Part shown: piece after piece, positions 1-10,922 of the stretch
Position numbering within the stretch: position 1 is the first letter of the stretch
How the letters are laid out: every line of letters starts with the position of its first letter
Source: a virus
Taxonomy: Duplodnaviria; Caudoviricetes
Strand: one strand, 5' to 3'
IMG/VR virus record: IMGVR_UViG_3300022562_000664
Coordinates: 1-55,893 of that record
Length of the DNA: 55,893 nt
Position numbers and translations under genes: made by a program
Notes under the pieces: generated by a model
The model's input: the letters and a program-made list of their open reading frames with translations, nothing else
Told to the model about the DNA's origin: nothing
Database searches by the model: none

Positions 1-383
1 GACATTCAAGGAAGTCTTGCTAGATTTTTATGATGAAATCACACGAGCAGTTATCCGATACCTGGCCCATCAGGCTCTTGTGGGGGTATTTCAAGGCCAA
101 GGGGGATTTGGCCTAGGTAATTTCCTTCTGCCATTTGGAGGAAGCGGACTGTTAGGCGGGCTGTTAGGGTTCGCTCACGGCGGTTCTTTTATGGTAGGAG
201 GGAAGGGCGGCGTGGATAATAATGTACTATCGCTAAACGGTTCGCCTGTCGCTAAAGTATCTCAAGGGGAAACTGTAAGTGTAACTCCACAAGGTGATCC
301 TAGTTTTGGCGATCTATTCAACATCACTATCCAGGCCATTGATGCGCTATCTGTGAGAGACCTGTTTATGAAAGAAGGTAGTT
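1..383. repeat. Terminal direct repeat (circular overlap), left copy of 55511-55893
   Basis: Sequence 1-383 matches 55511-55893 with 9 mismatched bases; positions 245-383 are identical. Confidence 0.95.
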
Positions 384-430
384 CACTCGTTGAAGCTATT
401 CTTCGCATGAGAAGGTTGAATAGGGCATAA
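1..430 (+). CDS. C-terminal part of tape measure protein (continues from 52905 across the circular junction)
   Basis: Same frame as the 52905 ORF after the 55510 offset; GFAHGG motif typical of TMP C-termini; stop overlaps the next ATG. Confidence 0.85.
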   Translation, partial: TFKEVLLDFYDEITRAVIRYLAHQALVGVFQGQGGFGLGNFLLPFGGSGLLGGLLGFAHGGSFMVGGKGGVDNNVLSLNGSPVAKVSQGETVSVTPQGDPSFGDLFNITIQAIDALSVRDLFMKEGSSLVEAILRMRRLNRA

Positions 431-1002
431 TGGATATTTTTCCAAATAGTCCTATCTGGGCTAACATTCAGCGCACAATGGATTGGGCTGAAGAGCAATA
501 TTTTTATGACAGCGGAGCATACCAAGGTAGCACTCCCCGGCAGCGCCCATTGTGGGAGTATCGTATTACTGCTCAGAATTTCAATGAGATTAAGCAAACT
601 TCAATGGAGGCTTTTGATCACACAATTAAGACTATTACGCCATTCTTAATTAAAGATCCATACGATTATACTGCCAATGGAGTTACTCAGGCCAGTTCCA
701 TAAATATGAATAGCGGAGATGGATTTTATTTACAAGAAGTCCATAGCTACCGGGTCTTGCCTGATAGTGCAAATTTTTATATATCAGACCCGGCAAGTGG
801 TGAACTTATTGCCACCAGTCATTATGTTATGTCTTTGGATAATGGATTTGTTACTATGCTAGTAGCAGTCTCATCTTTGATTGTTAGCAGTTTTGAATTC
901 TTTAGGAAGGTTGCTAGAACTAATAAGCCATCGCAGTCATCTACTATATGGAATAACTTTAGCACTAGCATTATCGTTAGAGAAATCCCACCAGGGTCAT
1001 GA
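430..1002 (+). CDS. Distal tail protein (DUF2460/TIGR02217-like)
   Basis: Lies after the TMP; PFLIKDPYDY and SFEFFRKVAR resemble DUF2460 motifs. Confidence 0.6.
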   Translation: MDIFPNSPIWANIQRTMDWAEEQYFYDSGAYQGSTPRQRPLWEYRITAQNFNEIKQTSMEAFDHTIKTITPFLIKDPYDYTANGVTQASSINMNSGDGFYLQEVHSYRVLPDSANFYISDPASGELIATSHYVMSLDNGFVTMLVAVSSLIVSSFEFFRKVARTNKPSQSSTIWNNFSTSIIVREIPPGS

Positions 1003-1838
1003 CCAGAGCAGTTAGTTCAGCATACTATGCTAAGTTGCAGCAAAGCACTGTAACTATTTGCGAGCTTATTGAACTTTCTTCCAAAACAAGAGAGTGGCGC
1101 TGGGCAACGTCTGAAACCCCAGTAACATTTGGAGGGAATACATATGATCCATTTCCTGGATTCACCCCCTCTGGAGTTGATGAAACAATCGACCTTGGCA
1201 TTGCTACTGTTAATTTCGTTATGGCTAATAGCGGTGGTGAATTTAATGAGTTATTGGACACTTATGGGCTTGATCTAGCAAGTCTCCAAGTTCGTCGTGT
1301 ATTTACTGACACCCCTGATCTAGGTTCCATGATTATATATGCTGGTAAGCTAGGTGATTACAGTTATGACCGGAATCAGATTAGTGGAGAAGCAAGAAAC
1401 ATTTTCCATGGCATAAATGTTAATTGGCCATACTATTCTTATCAAGATCAATGCTCTTGGAAATTTGGAAGTACAGGTTGTGGAGTAGATACTAGCAGCA
1501 TAACGATTATTGGCTCTTTGAACGCAAGCTCAGATAAGATAAACTTCACAGTCGCGTCTGGCTTTTTTACTGCGAGCTATGCAAATGGATATTTCCTCAA
1601 AGGAAAACTTACTATCTTGGATGGTCAAAATTCTGGTGAGGTACGCACCATTCGCATACATTCCGGTGATGGATTTTCGATTTCTCATCAGTTACCATTC
1701 AATGTCGATTCAAATGACGGGTTCTCATTATATCCAGGGTGTCGAAAAAGATTTATTGCAGATTGTGTGAGCAAATATAATGCAAGCTCAAACTTCTTAG
1801 GGTTCCCATGGATTCCGCGACAAGGTCAAGCATTTTAG
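999..1838 (+). CDS. Tail hub protein (DUF2163/BR0599 family)
   Basis: CSWKFGSTGCGV and C-terminal PGCRKRFIADCVSKYNASSNFLGFPWIP signature. Confidence 0.9.
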   Translation: MTRAVSSAYYAKLQQSTVTICELIELSSKTREWRWATSETPVTFGGNTYDPFPGFTPSGVDETIDLGIATVNFVMANSGGEFNELLDTYGLDLASLQVRRVFTDTPDLGSMIIYAGKLGDYSYDRNQISGEARNIFHGINVNWPYYSYQDQCSWKFGSTGCGVDTSSITIIGSLNASSDKINFTVASGFFTASYANGYFLKGKLTILDGQNSGEVRTIRIHSGDGFSISHQLPFNVDSNDGFSLYPGCRKRFIADCVSKYNASSNFLGFPWIPRQGQAF

Positions 1839-2278
1839 CTGAAGCCATAACTTGGTATGGTACGCCGTTTCATAAAGGTGCCATGATAAAGGGAGTGGCT
1901 GTAGACTGTGGGGCTTTTATATATTCAGTATTCAAACAGACGCTAGGAATACCACACGAACCATTTCCAAAAGGATACGCTGAAGATTGGAGCGTTCACA
2001 AAGACAATAATGAGATTTACTTAGGGTTCATGAAGCCCTATGTTAAAGAGATACTACGACCTCAGCCAGCAGACTTGGTAGTGTGGAAATTTGGAAGGAA
2101 TTTTGGGCATGGAACTATTTATATGGGGTCCAATCGTTACATCCATGCTTATGGTCGCACCGGAATTGGTGGTGTACAAATATCGCAAAAGAATTTTTTC
2201 TTACATCACGGGCGCTTGCGTGAATCTAAAGCATTTACGTTGAGCGACAAATGGCTTTCTTCCTTCCACCAGCCCTAG
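1808..2278 (+). CDS. NlpC/P60 tail-associated peptidase
   Basis: WYGTPF...GVAVDCG catalytic Cys, GHGTIY His, YIHAY. Confidence 0.9.
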   Translation: MDSATRSSILAEAITWYGTPFHKGAMIKGVAVDCGAFIYSVFKQTLGIPHEPFPKGYAEDWSVHKDNNEIYLGFMKPYVKEILRPQPADLVVWKFGRNFGHGTIYMGSNRYIHAYGRTGIGGVQISQKNFFLHHGRLRESKAFTLSDKWLSSFHQP

Positions 2279-5200
2279 CACTTCTTGGCGGAAGCCTATT
2301 TGGCAAAATAGGTTTTGGTGTTGGCTGGCTCATTGGTAGCTGGCTATATCAACCTGAGCAGCAAAACCGGAATGAAATAATTGATCCCGGCGCTCAGGAG
2401 ATGCAGAATTTTAATCAGGCACTTCGCGGTGTCACTTTGCCAATTTTGTTTGGGACTAATAAGGTTTCGTCACAGATTATATGGCAGAGTAACTTCAAAA
2501 CAATTCGCAAAGAGACAACTGAGAGCTCAGGTGGCGGCGGTAAGGGTGGTGGCTCTGGCGGCGGTAAGGGCCCAACTAGCACAACAACAGAAGTCTCTTA
2601 TGAATACAAATGGGATATGATTTACCATCTGGGGATGACCCCAGAAGAATATGTCATATTTGGTGGATGGATTTCCACTCACAGGATTGATGATCAATCC
2701 ATCTTATCTATAACTAATGGAACAGCCTTATCTGGCAATCTTAATCTTGATCAGCCTGACAGTGCTACACTTGCGTTTGAAGATGCTTACTATTATGGTG
2801 GGCATGGTGGTGGATTAAGTACTGCTGAGCAAAGCGGATGGGACCACGTTCAAGGTGTCATAAGTGATGGAAGCACCAAGATACGCTGGCCACACACTGC
2901 TTGGGTTGGATTTAAGCAATTCGATCTAGGTGGCACACCTCATATTCCGCAATTGCAATGGGAGATTGGTCCCGGCGAGCCATCAATTGATTTTGCTGCA
3001 GAAGGGCAATATTATGTAGACAACGGAGCATATACAAGCCATCTCCAGTTTGCTACTGATCCTTGTGATCAGTATGGCAACACTTGGTGGATGGATGCAC
3101 GCTTTACTAGCAATGATAGCCAAAGACACATATTTACAGATGGAAGTGTCACTTCATTTTCTGATAATGAAATTGAAGCAATGCTTAATGATTTTTATGA
3201 TAACAATGGTGCCTCATCTATCACCCCTATTTCAGCAGATCGTGGCCATAGCGTCACACCTATTCTTGACGGAGCTTACATCGCGGTTGTTTATTACGCA
3301 CAGACTCAAACTCACCTAGCAATCTTCGCCGCTGAGGCAGGGGGCGCTGATCTCACTGATTGGACTAAATGCCTCGGGGCTGTCTGGTGTGCACACGGAC
3401 TAAATTTCTGGGAAGGTGGCATAGGAGTAGCAGTTTGCGGAAACCAGACATCTGATGATCCAATTATGATTATCGGGAATGCTGGTGATGCTGAGACTGG
3501 TCTCATCTTGAATCAAATGCCATCAGTTGATGCTATTCTATCTGGAGACTTTGGCAATTCACTAGGTTGGCGCGGCACTCAATACAACATCCTAGGGAAC
3601 ACTGCCAGCTTTACATGGTTTGAAGTCCCGCTTCTTTATTTCGATTTCAGCGTCACAACGTCCTTACTTAATACATGGACAGGGACATTCCTTAGTGTCC
3701 ACAATGGAGCCACCGGGGCACTTACAACCGGGGCCAATCCCGGTACATACTCTGACACAATGATCTTTACTTTGCCAGAGATTGTGATAACTCTTGGCAT
3801 AAGTTATGAAACACTATTGTGCTTTTATCTTAGCAAAGCTGTTATGGATTTAGCTGGTGGAGCCGGTACTGGAAATTCTATGATTGACGATGATCTCGTC
3901 AATGATGCGGTTAATGGTGGACTATTCTATTGGAACATTGGTGAGCGATCTAACTTTGATCAGCCATCTAGCACATCATCTAAATCAGCTCAGGCAACTA
4001 TAACGAGTAAAGCAACTGTTCTGAATTCTTTAATTGAGAATATGCCATTTACAGGCGATGAGGATGTTGACCTAGATGGGGGAGATGGTAACAATTTTTA
4101 TGAAATGCTTCCATATGTCGAAAAGATGGACAATGGAGCATACATTGTAGCTTTCCATATGAAGTATGGAACAATTGAAAGTCAGGACATTGATGGTGAT
4201 GGGATAGCCGAAGCACTTTATGTGAAGGTTCGCATATATATTTACAACCCACTTACCATGGAAATGACTAATGTTATCACAGGTGGTGGATATACAATTG
4301 ATACTATTTATGCTGGTATAGCTGAAACTGCTAATCGCCACTGGTATGTTCAAACTGCTATATGGAGAGACAGAAGAGACAATAGCTTATATCTTCTTGG
4401 GACGCATAATAACAATGCAAATTCATATCCAAATACTGAGCCAAGAGAAACATTCATGGTCAAGATTGGAACCTTGGATGTTACTGGTGGCACAGATGTT
4501 CCGCCTCCATATATCATTAAGCAAATATTGACCAATGATTGGTTTGGTCTAAATATTCCAGACAGTATGATAGATGACACAAGTTATGGTGAAGCATATA
4601 ACTATTGTGTGACTCAAGGCTTTCTCGTTTCAACCCAATATAGGAGAGATGAAAACGTTTTATCTATCATAGAGGATTTGTTGTCACTCTATGGTGGCTT
4701 CTTAGTAGTGGTAGATGGTAAAATATATTTCAAGGTATTGGAGTTTGAAACTGCTCCAGTAAGGACTATTGACAATGACCATTTGCTCCAAGACCAGCCT
4801 GGCACACCTCCTGTTAAAATCACAAAGGGAGCGAAACAAGATACATTCAATTCTGTTAAAGTCAATTTCATTGATCGCAAATTGGATTATGAACAAAATC
4901 AAGTTACTGAAGCAGATGAGGTAGACCAAGACCTAGATCGTATCAGAGCAAGAGAGTTCCCACCAAGATATGTCATGAAAGAAAAGATGGCCAGAACTAT
5001 GGCCTCACGGACCTTGTGGAGTAATCTCTATGCTAGAGACACATATGAGTTCAAGCTTGGCTGGAAAGATGCAGACTTGGTTCCAGGTGACGTTATTACC
5101 TTGGTCGATTCCTTCCACACAAACCTATCTGGGGGTGTTACCGCTCGTATTGTAACCTGGAAAGAAAGCAAACGCGGCCAATTTGATATAACTGCTAAAC

Positions 5201-6297
5201 AAGAATTTGCTTATATTGCTGCCACATCAGCAGAGGCTCTAGATATTACATCAGCCTCTAATGTACAAATCATCCAGCGTGCTCCTGAACCTAGAGACTT
5301 CAGGATGTATGAATTACCAGCAGAATTTGCAACTGAATCCCGGCTTTATGTAGGCTGGCAGCCTTGGGGTTTTGCTGCTGGAGCAGTCTTGCATGTGAGC
5401 GTTGATGGAGTAAGTTACGCAGAAGCACAAAGAGCTTCGCCTTATCCTTTGGCCGGGACCATCCTAACTGGTATGGGTGCTGTTGGTGGGTCGCAGGAGA
5501 ATGTTGACGTTCTCTTGTTTCCAAATAGTGATTGGCCCACCACCACATCCTATAACATCCTTGAGACGCTTAATGAAGTCAGCCCTGCTGCGCGAGCGAT
5601 AGGCGCAGGACTTATCTGGATTGGGTCTGAGATGATCGCCTATCAAGGCGTTAATCTATTAGCTCAAAATCATTATAGATTTGACACTATCTTCCGTGGC
5701 TGGGGCGGAACCCACATCCATGCACATAATAGCGGTGATTTATGGCACAAGCATGGTGGAGGGGTGTTTACTCAAGAGTTCAATGAAGATAAGATAGGGA
5801 CGATTATTTACTACAAAGTACAGCCATACAACCTTGCTGGGGCCGCGTATGACATTTCTAGTATAGACGCTAAGACATATCAAGTCTTGGGTTCTTACTG
5901 GAGACCACAAGTTGCACCTACGCCGCGTTACATCCAGAATAGCACCGACTGGAGGGGCCTGACAAAAATATGGGTCACTTCAGAAGGAGACATCCCAATT
6001 GATTGGCGAGACAGTGCCAGAATGGCTGGATATGGCGTGGGCGGCTTTGGGACAGGTGAGTATGGACGATTTACTGTTGATGCTATCTCTCATGCTTGGC
6101 GAGTTGAGGTGGTTGGTTCTGGTGACACTGTTGTGCGCAGTGTTTCAGTTACTACTGCTCATTATAATTATACCAACAGTCTTAACTTCAGCGATAATGG
6201 GGCTTGGCGCGGCAATATCGCGTTCAAGGTTACGCCGTACAATGCTTATGGTGATGCGCCGAGAACCGAAGTAGTGAGCCTGGAGTTGTTCACATGA
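2251..6297 (+). CDS. Central tail tip / host-specificity protein (GTA megatron-like)
   Basis: 1348 aa; LPILFGT..VSSQIIW N-terminus, GGGKGG linker, FNSVKVNFIDRKLDYE and LVPGDVI tail-tip motifs; follows NlpC/P60. Confidence 0.85.
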   Translation: MAFFLPPALALLGGSLFGKIGFGVGWLIGSWLYQPEQQNRNEIIDPGAQEMQNFNQALRGVTLPILFGTNKVSSQIIWQSNFKTIRKETTESSGGGGKGGGSGGGKGPTSTTTEVSYEYKWDMIYHLGMTPEEYVIFGGWISTHRIDDQSILSITNGTALSGNLNLDQPDSATLAFEDAYYYGGHGGGLSTAEQSGWDHVQGVISDGSTKIRWPHTAWVGFKQFDLGGTPHIPQLQWEIGPGEPSIDFAAEGQYYVDNGAYTSHLQFATDPCDQYGNTWWMDARFTSNDSQRHIFTDGSVTSFSDNEIEAMLNDFYDNNGASSITPISADRGHSVTPILDGAYIAVVYYAQTQTHLAIFAAEAGGADLTDWTKCLGAVWCAHGLNFWEGGIGVAVCGNQTSDDPIMIIGNAGDAETGLILNQMPSVDAILSGDFGNSLGWRGTQYNILGNTASFTWFEVPLLYFDFSVTTSLLNTWTGTFLSVHNGATGALTTGANPGTYSDTMIFTLPEIVITLGISYETLLCFYLSKAVMDLAGGAGTGNSMIDDDLVNDAVNGGLFYWNIGERSNFDQPSSTSSKSAQATITSKATVLNSLIENMPFTGDEDVDLDGGDGNNFYEMLPYVEKMDNGAYIVAFHMKYGTIESQDIDGDGIAEALYVKVRIYIYNPLTMEMTNVITGGGYTIDTIYAGIAETANRHWYVQTAIWRDRRDNSLYLLGTHNNNANSYPNTEPRETFMVKIGTLDVTGGTDVPPPYIIKQILTNDWFGLNIPDSMIDDTSYGEAYNYCVTQGFLVSTQYRRDENVLSIIEDLLSLYGGFLVVVDGKIYFKVLEFETAPVRTIDNDHLLQDQPGTPPVKITKGAKQDTFNSVKVNFIDRKLDYEQNQVTEADEVDQDLDRIRAREFPPRYVMKEKMARTMASRTLWSNLYARDTYEFKLGWKDADLVPGDVITLVDSFHTNLSGGVTARIVTWKESKRGQFDITAKQEFAYIAATSAEALDITSASNVQIIQRAPEPRDFRMYELPAEFATESRLYVGWQPWGFAAGAVLHVSVDGVSYAEAQRASPYPLAGTILTGMGAVGGSQENVDVLLFPNSDWPTTTSYNILETLNEVSPAARAIGAGLIWIGSEMIAYQGVNLLAQNHYRFDTIFRGWGGTHIHAHNSGDLWHKHGGGVFTQEFNEDKIGTIIYYKVQPYNLAGAAYDISSIDAKTYQVLGSYWRPQVAPTPRYIQNSTDWRGLTKIWVTSEGDIPIDWRDSARMAGYGVGGFGTGEYGRFTVDAISHAWRVEVVGSGDTVVRSVSVTTAHYNYTNSLNFSDNGAWRGNIAFKVTPYNAYGDAPRTEVVSLELFT

Positions 6298-7124
6298 GCT
6301 TCACTGACAACCAAAATTTTGAGACACAGCCATCAGGCCAAGCAGATTGGGACACTGGCCTAAACAGCAATTTCTCTATAATGGATCGAGGTTGGCATAT
6401 AAAGCTAACCACAGCAGAGACAATTTCCACAGGAGATATTCTTGCTGTAACGTCTGGAGGATTAGCTTGGAGGTATAACAGCACAAGTTTAGATTTGCGT
6501 GATCCTTTAGCAATATCATATAAATCGGTGGCGAGTGGTCAGCAAGATTTGTTTATTTCTAGAGGAATTATCAATTCATATGATACATGGTCAGGGCACA
6601 TTACGCCTGGGCTACCAGTCTTTGTTTCTGCTGCAACACCAGGCTTCTTAGTTAGTTCATACTCAGCTTCATGGCCCCCGGTTGGATTGGCCCTGGCAAA
6701 CAATGCTGTCGCCTTCAACCCCGGTCAATTCAGCCCTATGCCAATTAAGACTACTCAAGTTGTTTCGTTAGCAGTAATAGTTGGATCGGTTCACGACTTT
6801 ACTTTTGAAGTGGGTCACCGTGGAATCGCAACTGAACTGATTATCCAATCTGATAGCTCTTCAGCTCACGCTTTTTATCTTTGGTCTGGAAGCATCAAAG
6901 CTAACACTGAATTGCTTTATGAAACACTTACCACTTCTGTAGATGGTGGGGCATCAGATTTTGATATTTCATCCATTTATTACCGGGATGTGTCTCCATT
7001 TGGGATTTTGAATACAGATGTTGCTTCTCCTGGTTTAATCTTTGGACGCTTAGAATGCCAAAGTTCTAATGCTGTTGGTTCCTCAGACCTGAGCATTTCT
7101 ATCACGGTCGAGAGGTTCCGTTAA
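6294..7124 (+). CDS. Tail-associated structural protein
   Basis: Coupled ATGA overlap in the tail operon; N-terminal QADWDTGLNSNF anchor-like motif; beta-rich. Confidence 0.6.
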   Translation: MSFTDNQNFETQPSGQADWDTGLNSNFSIMDRGWHIKLTTAETISTGDILAVTSGGLAWRYNSTSLDLRDPLAISYKSVASGQQDLFISRGIINSYDTWSGHITPGLPVFVSAATPGFLVSSYSASWPPVGLALANNAVAFNPGQFSPMPIKTTQVVSLAVIVGSVHDFTFEVGHRGIATELIIQSDSSSAHAFYLWSGSIKANTELLYETLTTSVDGGASDFDISSIYYRDVSPFGILNTDVASPGLIFGRLECQSSNAVGSSDLSISITVERFR

Positions 7125-10100
7125 TGGGGCAAAGAAACTTTCCAGTTGATGTTAGGCGTTTGGTGCCTAGTGATAACATTCGTCAGTTTCCAAATGAAGG
7201 CGCAGGCACTGGCCTTCCTCCACCTATTCCACCTGAGCTATTTGAAATTGTAACTGATAGCCTTCGAACAACAACAGGCGTTCAGCAATTTACTGCCCCA
7301 AATTTTGGTACACCGGCAGCTGCTATCTTTTTAGTAACAGCAGGGACAACAATTAATACAGGGTTCCAAAATTCTATAAATGGCGGCGTCGGGATGACTG
7401 ATGGCGTTAGCCAAGTTGTTATGTGCCGTCAGGTTTCACCAATTGAAAGTATTGTTGACGCATATAATCGCGCAGCAAATGATGAAGTCATCCAATTGTT
7501 AGATGGAACAGGCGCTGTTGTATTAGAAGCAAACTTTAGTCAATGGGTCACAGATGGAGTAGAAATTAACGTTACAGTCACCGATGCTACAGCATATCTT
7601 GTGACAGTTATTTTAATTGATTCCAGCGTTAATGCGAGCCTCGTTCTTGATGAGGCAATGCCAAATAGTACAACTGAAACATTTTCCCCAGGCTTTGAGT
7701 CAGATGCAATAATTTGCATGGCAACTAATTCAGGTGGAGTTTGGGATACTGCTGCCGCTCACGCTACTTTTAATATGGGATTTGTTTCTTGGGATGGTGT
7801 GTATTTAAGACAGTGTGGAACATATCACGCTGATCTTGATGCTGTAGCATCAGTAGATATGCGTATGGCCGTTTCCTATAATGACATATTAAATAATACA
7901 AGTAGCAAAAATACTATAAGCAATATAACAAGCACTAGTTTTGATGTTACCACTATTTCTAATTTCAGCACATGGTCTGGCGCATATTTATGTCTTAAAT
8001 TTACTGGTGGAGAAAGTGCATGGGCAGGGATTGTTGATGCGCCTATAGCTACTGGTGATAAGACTTGGGCAGATTTAGATAATACCCCAGAATTTATAAT
8101 GGCAATATTTGGCGGTGCTGATGTTCTTAACACAAATGAAACTTCCAATGATGGAAGTGATATGTCTATTGGTTTTGCTAATTCATTTGGCGATGAAGCA
8201 GCAGCCAGTTGGTATGATCAAGATGGTAGCGGGAATACAGATTCTAGCTCTCTTATATATGATACAATTGCCAATGTTGTAGATGCTGCAGCATTTACTA
8301 AGCGATTTACTGGCAGCTTTGTTGGCATGGCTGAAAAAGGATTTACTATTAATTTCACTGATGTTGATAGTGCTGGAATAGTTAGGAAATGGCCAGTTCT
8401 TGGAATAGGGCCAAAAGTTGCTGATGTTTCAAGTGATCCATATTGGCACCAAGTTATCGCCTTAATAGGTGCTAATGGTTTTGATGGATCACCTTTATTT
8501 CCTGATGAATCAAGTTACCACTTTGTCACTTCTGTTTTTGGCTCATTAACTATTGATACAAACACACCAGTTTTTGGCACAGGAAGAGGTCAAAATGTTG
8601 CTGGTGCTGGTTTATTAGTGAACGTAGGGAGCCGGGGCAATATTGGCAGTTTAGATTTCACTTTAGAGGGCTGGTGGGAGGCCAATAGTGGAGTTGGTGG
8701 CTCTGATGGCATAGCATTCAGAGGGGCCACAGGAGAAGGGCGATATGGGATTTTCTTAGAGACTGGTGGGTTTATTTCATTTTATCATGGAACTGTTGGT
8801 CAGTTACTTTTAGTCAATGATCAAGACTATAGAGATCAGGTAGCGCGCCACATTGCTGTTTGCCGCAGCGGTGGGGTTACACAAATGTGGATAAATGGTC
8901 AGTCTAAGGCTTTAACTAGCACTTCATATTATGTCAATTCTAATGGGGGTGCTGTTCAAGTTTGTAATGACCCAAATACTTCTAATCGAAATTTTTTGGG
9001 ATATTTTGATGAATTTCGTTTTACTGTAGGCGTGGCCCGGTATAGCGGCTCTTCATTTCAAGTAAGCAGCACTGCATTCCCAAGACAAGGTTCTACTGCG
9101 CCGCTTACCCTTGGTGTTCGCGCTGCTCGTGGTTATAATAGAGGTGGATCAACTGTAGCATATCCAAATCCACCATATGGTTCTGGTGATCTTATTATCC
9201 TAGCCACTGCTTGGACAGACACAGATGGTGGTGGGTCTGTTACAAGTTATGATGGGATTGGTGGTGGGGCTTTTGGAAATGGTATTCGCCACAATAATTA
9301 CCAAAGAATAATTGGTGGATATGATGATGAATTTGATGGTGCTTGGCAAAGAACTGCTACTAGCATCACAGGCAAAGCAGGGCTACATTTATCAATTCAA
9401 GGCCCTGATCCAACAGTTAGAGTTGAAACATTCGATGTCCATTCTATTGGTACCACAAGTGTTTGGGCGAATGGCCCTCTATCATCTTCATTAAGCCCAA
9501 CAGATTGGCTATATATTGGCTACATGTTCTGCGATAGTGTGGCGGGTGTTACTCTACCAGCCTCCTTAACTCTATGTGCCTCGTTTGTTGCAGAGGATAT
9601 GACGTGCGTCGCTGGTTACGCAAAAATGTCTGTAGCCAGTTTAGATGTTGTTACATGGGGCCTACTTAGTGCTCAAGGCGGTTTTGTTGGTGGTCTAGTC
9701 GTCCCGGCAGGCGGTGGAACAATTGCCTTTAGTCCTGACCTTGATCCGCACTGGGACAAGGTTCAAATGATGATGGGCTTTAACTGGGATGTTTCTAGTA
9801 ACCAAGCAGCATTTGATGCATCTAGTGCCGGGAGGCTTTTTAGTAGTTGGAATGGTTCTGGCCCAGTTCTAGTTAATAGTCCAACCCCACCATTTGGAAA
9901 AACATGGGCACGCATCCCGAATATAAATGGCTGGATTGCTTGGGGAACAGGACATACCGGGAGCTTAACACCTCCTGGTGATTTTACCATGGATGCTATA
10001 TTCTACACTGATAGCTTAGAGGTTTTGAATACTCTTGCTTGTGTGTGGGGAGAATTTTCAACAGATCAATCTTGGCGATGGGGAGTTAATCAAACTAGTG

Positions 10101-10471
10101 GTTTGCAATTTATCGCTATAAATAGTGATGGCAACCAAGCATTTAATATCATATCAAGTTGGTTCCCAGATGTAGGATCAGTTTATCACGCTAGGGTTGA
10201 TTGCAGGTCCGGTCAGGGTAGACTATACGTTGCACCGATTGGTGGAGTTGGAAGCATGATTGCTGGTCCACAAACCAGATCGGGAACAATACGCTATCTA
10301 AGCGCAGAACAATTTACTATTGGTGGACGACCAGTAACCAACGATAGTTGGCCATTGCAAGGTAACATCAAGGAATACCGATACACTGCTAATTTTGCTA
10401 GGACTGCTGGAGGGGTATTCACACCAGTTAGCTCGATGTTCCCACGTTGGGGCTCTGGAGATTTATTGTGA
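7124..10471 (+). CDS. Tail fibre / receptor-binding protein with two ConA/LamG-like domains
   Basis: Duplicated DP(Y/H)W..V...DFT(L/M)(E/D)...G(Y/N)(F/I).E(F/Y)R(F/Y)T...AR...FPR modules. Confidence 0.75.
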   Translation: MGQRNFPVDVRRLVPSDNIRQFPNEGAGTGLPPPIPPELFEIVTDSLRTTTGVQQFTAPNFGTPAAAIFLVTAGTTINTGFQNSINGGVGMTDGVSQVVMCRQVSPIESIVDAYNRAANDEVIQLLDGTGAVVLEANFSQWVTDGVEINVTVTDATAYLVTVILIDSSVNASLVLDEAMPNSTTETFSPGFESDAIICMATNSGGVWDTAAAHATFNMGFVSWDGVYLRQCGTYHADLDAVASVDMRMAVSYNDILNNTSSKNTISNITSTSFDVTTISNFSTWSGAYLCLKFTGGESAWAGIVDAPIATGDKTWADLDNTPEFIMAIFGGADVLNTNETSNDGSDMSIGFANSFGDEAAASWYDQDGSGNTDSSSLIYDTIANVVDAAAFTKRFTGSFVGMAEKGFTINFTDVDSAGIVRKWPVLGIGPKVADVSSDPYWHQVIALIGANGFDGSPLFPDESSYHFVTSVFGSLTIDTNTPVFGTGRGQNVAGAGLLVNVGSRGNIGSLDFTLEGWWEANSGVGGSDGIAFRGATGEGRYGIFLETGGFISFYHGTVGQLLLVNDQDYRDQVARHIAVCRSGGVTQMWINGQSKALTSTSYYVNSNGGAVQVCNDPNTSNRNFLGYFDEFRFTVGVARYSGSSFQVSSTAFPRQGSTAPLTLGVRAARGYNRGGSTVAYPNPPYGSGDLIILATAWTDTDGGGSVTSYDGIGGGAFGNGIRHNNYQRIIGGYDDEFDGAWQRTATSITGKAGLHLSIQGPDPTVRVETFDVHSIGTTSVWANGPLSSSLSPTDWLYIGYMFCDSVAGVTLPASLTLCASFVAEDMTCVAGYAKMSVASLDVVTWGLLSAQGGFVGGLVVPAGGGTIAFSPDLDPHWDKVQMMMGFNWDVSSNQAAFDASSAGRLFSSWNGSGPVLVNSPTPPFGKTWARIPNINGWIAWGTGHTGSLTPPGDFTMDAIFYTDSLEVLNTLACVWGEFSTDQSWRWGVNQTSGLQFIAINSDGNQAFNIISSWFPDVGSVYHARVDCRSGQGRLYVAPIGGVGSMIAGPQTRSGTIRYLSAEQFTIGGRPVTNDSWPLQGNIKEYRYTANFARTAGGVFTPVSSMFPRWGSGDLL

Positions 10472-10722
10472 AACCAACCGATGAGGTTTATTTGACGGAG
10501 GCAGAAATCAAAACGCTTATCCGAAGCACAGTTAAGGAAGTGCTAGTTGAAATTGGCGCAGGCGAAAGTGTGTCAGACCTGCAGCGAGATTTCATCTTCC
10601 TGAGAGAACAGCGACTAGGATCAGTCGTTGTAAAAAAGACTCTGCGCAAAGGGGCGCTTGGTCTTATAATCGGGGCTGTACCCGGTATGATCTGGTTATT
10701 ATGGGAAGGGTTACACCGATGA
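10468..10722 (+). CDS. Small protein with C-terminal TM helix (lysis region)
   Basis: GGAG RBS before GTG; hydrophobic C-terminus. Confidence 0.6.
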   Translation: MKPTDEVYLTEAEIKTLIRSTVKEVLVEIGAGESVSDLQRDFIFLREQRLGSVVVKKTLRKGALGLIIGAVPGMIWLLWEGLHR

Positions 10723-10922
10723 ACTTCTTGAGCATCATTAGTGGCGGGTTCCTAAAAGGATACCGAACTTACATCCTTGGGTTCATTCTCGCCTTCCAAG
10801 CTATCGCCCAGTGGGCTGTGGGGGATTCCAGTCTCAATGAACTGATCACCCAACTGCCCGAGATTCTTGGCGGTCTCGGGCTCATGTCACTAAGAGCCGG
10901 GGTTAACCAGCCGCCTCAATGA
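10719..10922 (+). CDS. Holin-like protein (2 TM)
   Basis: GYRTYI..., two hydrophobic segments, LRAG end; lies in the lysis cassette. Confidence 0.65.
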   Translation: MNFLSIISGGFLKGYRTYILGFILAFQAIAQWAVGDSSLNELITQLPEILGGLGLMSLRAGVNQPPQ

